64,000 nt of DNA from the IMG/VR virus record IMGVR_UViG_3300010396_000037. One strand, 5' to 3'. This document shows positions 42,591-51,096 of the stretch, piece after piece. The notes under the pieces are model-generated. The model searched no databases and was not told the origin of the DNA. It saw only the letters and a program-made list of their open reading frames with translations. The position numbers and the translations under genes were made by a program. Source of the DNA: a virus. The first letter of the stretch is position 1. Each line of letters begins with the position of its first letter.

Positions 42591-42821
42591 ATGATCACAA
42601 TCTATGGAAAGCCAAATTGCATTTATTGCGATCAAGCAAAACTCTTGTTGAATTCACACAATCTTGATTATGACTACAAAGAACTTGATAGGGATTTCAC
42701 TCGAGAGGAACTTCTAGAGTTGAATCCAAATGCAAGAACATTTCCACAGGTCTTTGATGGTGATCGTTTGATTGGTGGTTATGATGATCTCTTGTTTGAA
42801 TGTTCAAAACTCTGGCTCTGA
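42591..42821 (+). CDS. Glutaredoxin (NrdC-like)
   Basis: CIYC, TFPQVF, IGGYDDL. Confidence 0.93.
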   Translation: MITIYGKPNCIYCDQAKLLLNSHNLDYDYKELDRDFTREELLELNPNARTFPQVFDGDRLIGGYDDLLFECSKLWL

Positions 42822-43120
42822 AGAATAAAATCATGAATGAATTTAAGAATGAATCTCTCTGAACGACTATTTTGCTCCACATTTGCTAGAGCAGAAATAG
42901 AAAACATGTTGGAGCCGTCTATCCCAGACTGGTGTGATTGGCATCTATCTTGGGATTATTATGATGATTCTATAGAGCTCCATGGCATGCCATTGGATTG
43001 GAAAATTTCTACTGGAATCTTACAGAAGTTGTTTGATGAGGGATTTCAAAGAGTTTGGGTCAATTACAGCGACAAGTCTGAAAAATATTACGCAAAGGCA
43101 TATCCAGAAGGATGGAACAA

Positions 43121-43567
43121 ATGATTGAAATTAGAATTCTACCCCATGGCGAACCATTCTACAAGAAAGAAGCATTCACTGGGAGCAAATTGGGTGGTTT
43201 GGACCTCCGTGTAACTGAGGATGTTTTCCTGCAACCTAATGAAATCAAGATGGTTCCAAGTGGACTATCAGTATGGCTGCAGGACCCATTCTTGTTGGGA
43301 TTGGTTTACATTCGCTCAAGTATTGGCAGAATGGGAGTTAGACTGGCCAATGGTACAGGTGTGATTGATCCTGACTATCAAGGTGAACTGATTCAATGTT
43401 TGCATAACTATGGTGGCAAGCCAATCAACTTCACGGCTGGTGACCGTGTCGCCCAATTGATAGTTACTCCACAAATCAATATCAACAAACACCTACAGTT
43501 AGTCTGTGAATTCACTTCTGGAACAGAACGTGGAGAAGGTGGTTTTGGAAGTTCTGGAATCAAATGA
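43121..43567 (+). CDS. dut: dUTPase (trimeric)
   Basis: GLDL, RSS, NGTGVIDPDYQGE, GDRVAQLI, RGEGGFGSSG. Confidence 0.95.
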   Translation: MIEIRILPHGEPFYKKEAFTGSKLGGLDLRVTEDVFLQPNEIKMVPSGLSVWLQDPFLLGLVYIRSSIGRMGVRLANGTGVIDPDYQGELIQCLHNYGGKPINFTAGDRVAQLIVTPQININKHLQLVCEFTSGTERGEGGFGSSGIK

Positions 43568-43921
43568 AACAGAAAGTTAGAATTCTAGTTTGCGGTGGTC
43601 GCAATTATGATGACTACATCAAACTGAATACAGTTTTGAATGCTCTAAATGAAGAAGTTGAAATCGTGGAAATCATTCATGGCGACGCATCAGGCGCTGA
43701 TTCAATGGCAGGTTACTGGGGGAAATCAAAATGGTATCAAAGTGACCCCAGTTCCTGCCGATTGGTCTGGATTACATTGCGCTGCTGGACGTGTCAGAAA
43801 CAAGAAGATGTTAGAAATGGAACCAGATGGTGTTGTTGCTTTTCCTGGTGGGAATGGAACCAAAAACATGATTTCAATTTCAAGAAAAGCAGGCGTCCCT
43901 GTTTGGGAAATTCACAGTTAA
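43564..43921 (+). pseudogene. DUF2493/YspA SLOG-family gene split by a +1 frameshift
   Basis: N-half (ILVCGGRNY..IIHGDASGAD) and C-half (PADW...AG.VRN..ML...VVAFPGGNGT.NM) lie in different frames; the break is near 43718-43732. Confidence 0.8.
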
Positions 43922-44024
43922 GGAAGATTAATTTTTTGAATGGGAATCAATTATCATTATAAATCTAAGGAAGAGTCAAGGCATCAGGACGATCCATTCA
44001 ACAATCATACAAAGGTAAAGTAAC

Positions 44025-44981
44025 ATGGCAATCAATTTCAAAGATTTAAAGCGTGGTTCAGCAGATTCATTTGAGAAGCTGCGTCAGGAAGTAGAAAAGA
44101 GCAACACCAATAAGTACAGCAAGGATGAGCGTTACTGGGAACCAACTGTTGATAAGGATGGCAATGGTTCTGCAATTATTCGTTTCCTGCCAGCTTGTGA
44201 GGGCGAAGAAATTCCGTTTGTAAAGTATTTTGATCATGGTTTTAAGGGTCCAACTGGACGTTGGTATATCAATCTCTCCAGAACGACTCTGGGCGAAGAG
44301 GATCCTGTTTCTGTTCTGAATAGCAAGTTGTGGAACTCAAGTAAGGATGATGAGAGTGCTGCTCGTAAGATGGCACGTGCACAACGTCGCCAGTTGCATT
44401 ATGTCTCAAACATCAAGGTAGTCCGTGATCCAGGAAACGTTGCCAATGAAGGTAAAGTGTTCTTGTATCGCTATGGTGCCAAGATCTGGAAGAAGGTCAA
44501 TGATGTAATGCATCCGGAGTTTGAAGGTGATGAACCAGTAAATCCATTTGATATGTGGACTGGTGCCAATTTCCGTCTGATTATCAAGAAGGAAAATGGA
44601 TATCGCTCTTATGAATCTTCTAAGTTTGAATCTGCAAAACCCATTTCAGATTCGGATGAAGAGATTGAAAAGATCTGGTCTCAAACCTATCCTCTTCTTC
44701 CTGAAGTGGCTCCAAACAAGTTCAAGACTTATCAGGAGCTGGAAGCTAATCTGCGTTCAGTGATTGGTAATTCAGCTGACTTGATTTTGGGCGAAACCAA
44801 CGCATCAGCAGCGCCAACACAAACTGCGACAAGGCCTGTTGAAGTTTCAGAGCATGCTAAGAAGGAAGAGACAAGTCCTTCAACTGTTATTGCTAAGCAA
44901 GCGGAAGAAGTTGCACAAACTTCAATCTCAGATGAAGAGGAAGATGAAGCAATGGCATTCTTCAAGGACATTGCAGGTTAA
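44025..44981 (+). CDS. gp32: Single-stranded DNA-binding protein (T4 gp32)
   Basis: DKDGNGSAIIRFLP, HGFKGPTGRWYI, NEGKVFLY.YG.KI, PFDMWTGANF, acidic tail. Confidence 0.97.
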   Translation: MAINFKDLKRGSADSFEKLRQEVEKSNTNKYSKDERYWEPTVDKDGNGSAIIRFLPACEGEEIPFVKYFDHGFKGPTGRWYINLSRTTLGEEDPVSVLNSKLWNSSKDDESAARKMARAQRRQLHYVSNIKVVRDPGNVANEGKVFLYRYGAKIWKKVNDVMHPEFEGDEPVNPFDMWTGANFRLIIKKENGYRSYESSKFESAKPISDSDEEIEKIWSQTYPLLPEVAPNKFKTYQELEANLRSVIGNSADLILGETNASAAPTQTATRPVEVSEHAKKEETSPSTVIAKQAEEVAQTSISDEEEDEAMAFFKDIAG

Positions 44982-44983
44982 GG

Positions 44984-45259
44984 ATGCCACATTGCAGATG
45001 TTCTCATTGTGGACGCAGACAAACATTAACACGTCATCCAGATGAATATATCCGAAAACATTATGCTAATTGTCGATTCTGTAAGAAATCGCCAAAAGTC
45101 TATGTTGATCACTATAGGGACTCTGGAAAAGAAAGGAAAAAGCAAGGAAAACCTTGTAATTGTTTAGGATATTTCTTTCCCCACAGGAAAGGGTCTGGAT
45201 GGTGTGAAAATGGTGGTCCACTATTTTTGAAAAATGAAGAAAGAGAAAGCTGGAGCTAG
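44984..45259 (+). CDS. Cys-rich zinc-binding hypothetical protein
   Basis: CRC..CG, C..C, CNC.GY.FPHRKGS.WC. Confidence 0.65.
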   Translation: MPHCRCSHCGRRQTLTRHPDEYIRKHYANCRFCKKSPKVYVDHYRDSGKERKKQGKPCNCLGYFFPHRKGSGWCENGGPLFLKNEERESWS

Positions 45260-45288
45260 GATACATCTAGACCAGCAAATAAATAGAG

Positions 45289-45317
45289 GGTGCAGTCGCA
45301 AGGCTGCATCCTTTTTT
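45289..45317 (+). terminator. Rho-independent terminator
   Basis: GGTGCAGTC-gcaa-GGCTGCATC followed by a T-run. Confidence 0.75.
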
Positions 45318-45337
45318 GTTGATAGAGTACAGATATC

Positions 45338-47284
45338 TTGACTGCCCAAATCACTGCAGGTTCACCCAACGTAAAAGTTAATGGTATTCAAGTCGCTCGT
45401 GTAAACGACACCACCGATGGTGTAACAGAAGATAGCGCTGCTGGCATTGCAGGTGCAGTTGTTTCTTCAACTCTAAGCCAGATGCCATCGCCTCTCAGTT
45501 GGCCTGATGGGTCCTCTATTGACGCAGCGAATGGGTTATTGTCTGTCACTGCACCCATAGAATTGCCAGGCGCACCAACATCTAACAATCAAGCCGCGAC
45601 CAAACAATATGTTGATGAAGCCACTGGTTCTGCTATAGTCTATCCAATATCAACTGATAAAGGTGGCACCGGTGCCAATAACATTGCAACCATTGGTAAT
45701 GCTTTGGTTGGTGATGGTTCTGGTTTCAATTCTGTACCCATTTCTGGAGACATAACTCTTCACAGCAACGGATTAATAACTGTTGTGAAATTGGGTGGAA
45801 ACTCTTATGGTAATACAGTCTACCATTCATCAGATGATTTCGCAGGCAATAATGCTGTTTTGCCTACACAATTAACTGCGAACCTTGCTAATTACACCAA
45901 TACTGAAGTTCTAACTGCAAATTATCCGAACACAACGCAATTGTCATCTAATTTAGCGAACTATGCAGCTCTTTCTGGTGCAACATTTTCAGGCAATGTT
46001 ACAATCAGCACGCATCTATCAGTTGTAAAATCAGCAACTTTTTCTAATACTCTGACTCTTGCAGCAGATCCTTCTTCTGCATTACAAGCCGCTACTAAGC
46101 AGTATGTAGACTCTCAAGTGAGCGGCGGCACAGTGCCAACCGGCAATGCTGGTGGTGTTTTGACTGGGTCCTATCCTAATCCCACAATCAATTCTTCCGC
46201 GTCAATAACCATCACCAATTTAACAGCACAAGGTAACATTGTATTATCAACTAATGGAGTCAATATTCTTAATGGGGGATATTTGTTTGCAGCACCGGGT
46301 GGAGCATATGCAAATGTGGGTGGAGGGGGAGGTACACTAGTTATTGGAACGAGTGCGAATGTTGCTGACGTAATAGCATTCGCTAATAGTTCTGGCACTC
46401 AATGGAATATGAATTCATCTGGAACAGTGAATCAAAACGGAGCATTGATTGTTAACAACACCATAACATCTACTAATCTTTCTGGTAATAATACAGGAGA
46501 TCAAGACCTTTCTGGACTTTTGTCCAAAACAGGTGGAACAGTCACAGGATTGACTGAATTTACAGGAGGCCAGGCTTCTGTTATCGGCACCGCTACCAGT
46601 GGATTGGGCGCAATTTGGTGTTATAATAATAGTCCCACAGGTGCTGGTGCATTCATGACATTCCACAGAAATGGAATTTTCGCATGCTATTTTGGACTTG
46701 ATTCAGACAACCAGTTAAAAATTGGCGGATGGTCATTTGGTGCAGCTTCATATCGTATTGTGCATGAAGGACTAACAAATCCTGTACTATCCGGCAACAC
46801 CACTTCTACTGGATTTTTAACCAATGGGGATTGGTATCGCAGCACAGGGCAGATGGGTTGGTATAACAATACTTATGCTGGTGGTTGGTATATGACTGAT
46901 ACAACGTATGTGAGGTCATATACCAATAAGGCAGTAATGGCGTCAGATTTCGTTATTTCATCAGATAGAAAACTAAAGAACAATATTCAGGATATGGCGC
47001 CTCGTCCTAGACTGCGTCCACGCACGTTTGTCATGAAAGACACAGGCAAACTTGAATTCGGATTCATAGCTCAAGAATTAGAAGAAGATTATCCAGAAGT
47101 AGTGGGAGAAGTCACAACCGAAACTGGGGAAAAGATCAAACAAGTTTCCTACTCCAAGTTAACTGCGGCATTGGCTGCACAAATAAATGATTTAGGAGAT
47201 GTTGTTAAACAGCAATCTATTAAAATCGAATGTTTACAACAAGAATTGCTTGATCTCAAACAACATTTGGAGAAATATCTATGA
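45338..47284 (+). CDS. Tail fibre/spike protein with PAAR-like N-terminus and C-terminal S74 intramolecular chaperone
   Basis: ITAGSPNVKVNGIQVARVND; two AATKQYVD repeats; AFMTFHR..YFGLD.DNQLK.GGWS; SDRKLKNNI..FGFIAQE. Confidence 0.85.
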   Translation: MTAQITAGSPNVKVNGIQVARVNDTTDGVTEDSAAGIAGAVVSSTLSQMPSPLSWPDGSSIDAANGLLSVTAPIELPGAPTSNNQAATKQYVDEATGSAIVYPISTDKGGTGANNIATIGNALVGDGSGFNSVPISGDITLHSNGLITVVKLGGNSYGNTVYHSSDDFAGNNAVLPTQLTANLANYTNTEVLTANYPNTTQLSSNLANYAALSGATFSGNVTISTHLSVVKSATFSNTLTLAADPSSALQAATKQYVDSQVSGGTVPTGNAGGVLTGSYPNPTINSSASITITNLTAQGNIVLSTNGVNILNGGYLFAAPGGAYANVGGGGGTLVIGTSANVADVIAFANSSGTQWNMNSSGTVNQNGALIVNNTITSTNLSGNNTGDQDLSGLLSKTGGTVTGLTEFTGGQASVIGTATSGLGAIWCYNNSPTGAGAFMTFHRNGIFACYFGLDSDNQLKIGGWSFGAASYRIVHEGLTNPVLSGNTTSTGFLTNGDWYRSTGQMGWYNNTYAGGWYMTDTTYVRSYTNKAVMASDFVISSDRKLKNNIQDMAPRPRLRPRTFVMKDTGKLEFGFIAQELEEDYPEVVGEVTTETGEKIKQVSYSKLTAALAAQINDLGDVVKQQSIKIECLQQELLDLKQHLEKYL

Positions 47285-47661
47285 ATTATGTTCCAGGCAG
47301 CACTGATCCCGCCACCAATTCCAGATTCGCTGATTTGGGTGCAAACACCAATAGCGAGATGCTCGCTCCGATGACACAGTTGATTTGGAATCCTGTGTCT
47401 GGAGAAACTGCTGTTTCTTTCCAAAGTGCCCCTTATATATCTGTAGCAAACACATACCATCAATTGAGTAATAATCCTAACACATTATATGTTGATCTCT
47501 CGCAGAAACTAGCAACTTGTTATGGTGAACCTCTAGGAACGTTAGTTGATCCAGTGACTGGAGCAGACCTGACCAAAATTTCAGTAGCAGGTATCATGAC
47601 TCTGATCAAGACCGCTTATGATCAAGAATATAATGTTAAAACTCCTCCAGGAAGCAATTAA
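47281..47661 (+). CDS. Tail fibre-associated protein
   Basis: Coupled to the fibre gene; DPVTGADL..ISVAGIM.LIK.A.D. Confidence 0.6.
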   Translation: MNYVPGSTDPATNSRFADLGANTNSEMLAPMTQLIWNPVSGETAVSFQSAPYISVANTYHQLSNNPNTLYVDLSQKLATCYGEPLGTLVDPVTGADLTKISVAGIMTLIKTAYDQEYNVKTPPGSN

Positions 47662-47663
47662 GA

Positions 47664-48167
47664 ATGACGATAACTGCTCCAGTTTCACTCACCAAGATCA
47701 AGACAGAATTCGGTGGTCCGAACAATCTAAGTGCCTATGTTCGTGGTGGCAGTTATGTGCCTAACACTGCAGCTAATGCTAACGTCAGTGCAACTGTAGC
47801 AGGGTTGGCGATAAGTCAATTTCTTGGTGCAACCAATTACGTTAATGTCAGCGCATCAGTAAGTCCGACTTCTATATCCCATACTGGTACAGGTACAACT
47901 GCCAGTGGACCATCTGGTTCATCAGGAACAGTTACAGCATCTGGTTCTGGCGGGTCTGGTAGTTATACTTTCTCTTGGTCAAGAGTCAGTGGAGACACAA
48001 ACACTGCCATTTCATCCGCAACTGTAGCTGCTGTCACCTTCTCCAGGACAGGTTGCGTGGATGGTACCAATTATGTATCAACTTGGCGTTGTCTCGTATC
48101 AGATGGAACAACTTCAGCTTTCACTCCTAACGTGACTGTAACATTGAGTTACACCCGAACCGCTTAA
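47664..48167 (+). CDS. Fibre tip/adhesin-like Ser/Thr/Gly-rich protein
   Basis: SL..IKTEFGG.NNLSAY.RGG.YVP N-terminus; GGSGSYT.SW Ig-like part. Confidence 0.65.
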   Translation: MTITAPVSLTKIKTEFGGPNNLSAYVRGGSYVPNTAANANVSATVAGLAISQFLGATNYVNVSASVSPTSISHTGTGTTASGPSGSSGTVTASGSGGSGSYTFSWSRVSGDTNTAISSATVAAVTFSRTGCVDGTNYVSTWRCLVSDGTTSAFTPNVTVTLSYTRTA

Positions 48168-48208
48168 CTTTCAAATAAATACACTAGTCTAACCATTGTT
48201 GCCAAGAA

Positions 48209-48943
48209 ATGTCTAATCTTGTAATCTCCAGAAGATTCACTGACTTCCCTGTTGTGGTTGCTAATGGCATCACCACGTCTAACACTTGGTTGTTGATTCA
48301 AGACAATCTACCGAACGCCAATGGTGGTGTGGGTAACACTTACAGAATAACAGTGCAACAGGCTGTAGCTGCTGCAGGCAATGTTCAGGTAGCCACAAGT
48401 AATTCAACAACTTATGCCGCCCCTACTCCATCTCGCAGATGGATTGATTTCCCAGTAGCCATCTCCAATGTATCTATTTCAAACACATGGGTTCTGGCAC
48501 AAGACAATTTGCCGAATTCTAATGGTGGGTCAGGCCATACATTCCGTCTAAACTTGCAAACCATTGTACAAGCTGGGTCTAATTCTGAACCTCTACAATT
48601 GTTCGTCGCAAACAGTGCAGTTGATCTGCCAGCAGCAAACCAACATCCTAGCACTATTGCTCTGGTTGCCAATGTTTCAACAGGTGCATTGTCTGTTTAT
48701 TCCTCAAATGGTACAGAATGGTCTACTGCGCAAGGTGGTGGCGGAGGTGACGCATTCTTCAAATTCAACCAATCTCAAGCAAATTCAACATGGAATATCA
48801 ACCATGGTCTAAATAAATACCCTAGTGTAACAGTTGTGGATACAGCCGGAACACAAGGTTTTGGCACAGTTGGTTATGTTGACTCTAACAATGTAACTGT
48901 CTCTTTTTCTGCAGCCTTCGCTGGCACGGCATATCTAAACTAA
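48209..48943 (+). CDS. Virion structural protein with an internal ~45-aa duplication
   Basis: SRRFTDFPV...NTWLLIQDNLPNANGG / SRRWIDFPV...NTWVLAQDNLPNSNGG; C-terminal WNINHGLNKYPSVTVVD; late promoter at 48174-48181. Confidence 0.75.
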   Translation: MSNLVISRRFTDFPVVVANGITTSNTWLLIQDNLPNANGGVGNTYRITVQQAVAAAGNVQVATSNSTTYAAPTPSRRWIDFPVAISNVSISNTWVLAQDNLPNSNGGSGHTFRLNLQTIVQAGSNSEPLQLFVANSAVDLPAANQHPSTIALVANVSTGALSVYSSNGTEWSTAQGGGGGDAFFKFNQSQANSTWNINHGLNKYPSVTVVDTAGTQGFGTVGYVDSNNVTVSFSAAFAGTAYLN

Positions 48944-48955
48944 TTAGGAAGTACA

Positions 48956-50008
48956 ATGGCAATCACTTATCTTGACAATGTAGATTTGAAACAAAACCAA
49001 TTGTTGAACGTGGTGGTGCAAGTTTTGTCTACTCCTCCTGCTTCTCCATTCGCAGGACAGGTCTACTACAATTCTGTTCAGAACAGTCTTTATCAATATA
49101 ATGGCACTGCTTGGGTTGTTCTTGACGCAACCAAGGCTGTTAACATACCTGTTTCCGCATTGAATTCTGGGCAGTTAACATCTTCAATCACTGGTACCAC
49201 CTTGAATTCATTTGCTGCTCCAACAGCGAATGTAAGCATGAACAACCGCAACATCACCAATTTGGCTGATCCTGTTGCCAACACTGATGCCGCCACCAAA
49301 GCATATGTTCTGTCCGCAGCACAATCTGCTGCTGCTGGATTGGATGTAAAGAACGCTGTAAATGCTGCTACCACTGCAAACATCACTCTTTCTGGCCTAC
49401 AGACCATTGACGGCGTGTCTCTGACGGGTGGACAACGCGTCCTTGTCAAGAATCAAAGCAATGCTGCATTGAATGGTATTTACATTGCCAATTCAACTGC
49501 GTGGGGTCTAGCGAATGACTCTATCACTGGCGAGCTAACAACTGGTGCATTGGTTCTTTCAGTAGGCGGTTCAACTCAAGCAGGAACACAATGGTATTTG
49601 ACAACACCTGATCCTATTACTGTTGGAACAACCAACCAGACTTGGACCCAATTTGGTGCAGGTGGTACATATACAGCATCAGCATCTGGTGGTTTGCAAT
49701 TGATTGGAAGTGCATTCAGTGTATTGCTTCCTGCTGGGTCAGGATTGGTAGCAGATTCAACAGGTTTGTACGTCAACAATTCAGTCTATGGTCGCAAATA
49801 TTCTGCCAACGTTGGTGATGGATCATCCACAACTATCAACATCACGCATGGTCTAGGAACACAGGATGTTATCGTACAATTAAGAAACAACGCAAGTCCA
49901 TATGATATGCAATATGCTACTGTTGAATGCACCAACACAACTGTTGTCACTTTGATTTTCTCGGCAGCACCTTCAGCAAATGCTTTGCGCGCAACTGTGA
50001 TTGGTTAA
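48956..50008 (+). CDS. Fibre-like virion protein
   Basis: NLADPV..TDAATKAYV, ATTANITLSGLQTIDGVSL..GQRVLVKNQ...NGIY. Confidence 0.8.
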   Translation: MAITYLDNVDLKQNQLLNVVVQVLSTPPASPFAGQVYYNSVQNSLYQYNGTAWVVLDATKAVNIPVSALNSGQLTSSITGTTLNSFAAPTANVSMNNRNITNLADPVANTDAATKAYVLSAAQSAAAGLDVKNAVNAATTANITLSGLQTIDGVSLTGGQRVLVKNQSNAALNGIYIANSTAWGLANDSITGELTTGALVLSVGGSTQAGTQWYLTTPDPITVGTTNQTWTQFGAGGTYTASASGGLQLIGSAFSVLLPAGSGLVADSTGLYVNNSVYGRKYSANVGDGSSTTINITHGLGTQDVIVQLRNNASPYDMQYATVECTNTTVVTLIFSAAPSANALRATVIG

Positions 50009-50011
50009 TAG

Positions 50012-51042
50012 ATGTCAAACATAACTTTCCTGACGCCACCACTGCCATTACCGATTAACACGGTAACAGCAAATACATATACACTGGTGGTCACTGACCA
50101 AAGAAATGGTATCCTTTGCACCAACACTGCAAACATTAGTGTCACAATAGCCAACAATGCAACTGTTCCTATGCCCCTGGGTGCGACAGTTCCTATGCGT
50201 CAAGCCAATACAGGCGCGATTTCTATATCTGCTGGAACAGGGGTGACTCTGCTCACTCCTAATGGAGCCAATACAAGTGGTTCAGCTGGAGATGCCAGAG
50301 TTGCAGAACAAATTGTAATTGACACTTGGATTATCTGGTAATGCTTCACAGTTGTTTGTTGAAACAAAGAGCATTAACGAATCATCTGCCAACTGGTGGA
50401 GTGCCAACATTAATCCAGAATCCATCAACTTACTCAACTGGTGCACTTGGTACATCATTAGTCTACACTCTACCAGCAACTCCTGTCAATGGGCATCCTA
50501 TCTTAATTGGAGTATGCGGATCTCTGGCACCAACATTATCAATATCTGATAACGGAGCCACTTCAGGTGCATGGGTGTTAGTTAAAGCGTTTAACGCTAG
50601 CACAGAACAATTGAAAGTGTATAAGAAAATTGCTGGTGGTGATGAAACTACAATCACGATCACGGCAAGCGCAAGTGCTTATATGTCTGTAAAATATTAT
50701 GAAACGACTGGCAGTGGTAATATAGAAAACATAAATGCTAACTATGTATCTTCCGCATCTAGTCCTGTTTCCTTTGGTCCTCTGGTAGCACCAACCCAAC
50801 CAAATGCTATTCCATTAATGTTCTTTGGTTGGCGTAAAACCAATGCTGCGGCTGGTGGTGGTGGAGATTCCGTAACATCACCATGGTTGTTATCACCGCC
50901 TCCCATCGTGGTAAATGATGCAATATCCTCTGCGTATCAGTTAAATCCTCCGGGCAGTGGCGTGAGTGGCACAATCAGCTACACGGACACCGTGCGCAAT
51001 GGCAATGCGTTTACTTGGATAGGATTTTTCCTTGATCCATAA
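50012..51042 (+). CDS. Two virion structural proteins (50012-50341, 50341-51042)
   Basis: Thr/Ser/Gly-rich beta proteins in the structural operon. Confidence 0.65.
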
Positions 51043-51096
51043 ATATATCAGCTAAATAATTTTTACAGGGATACACGCAAAACCGAGGAACGTTTA

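Noticed and set aside
43718-43726. GGGAAAT as a programmed -1 frameshift site
   Set aside because: Joining the two halves needs a +1 shift, not -1
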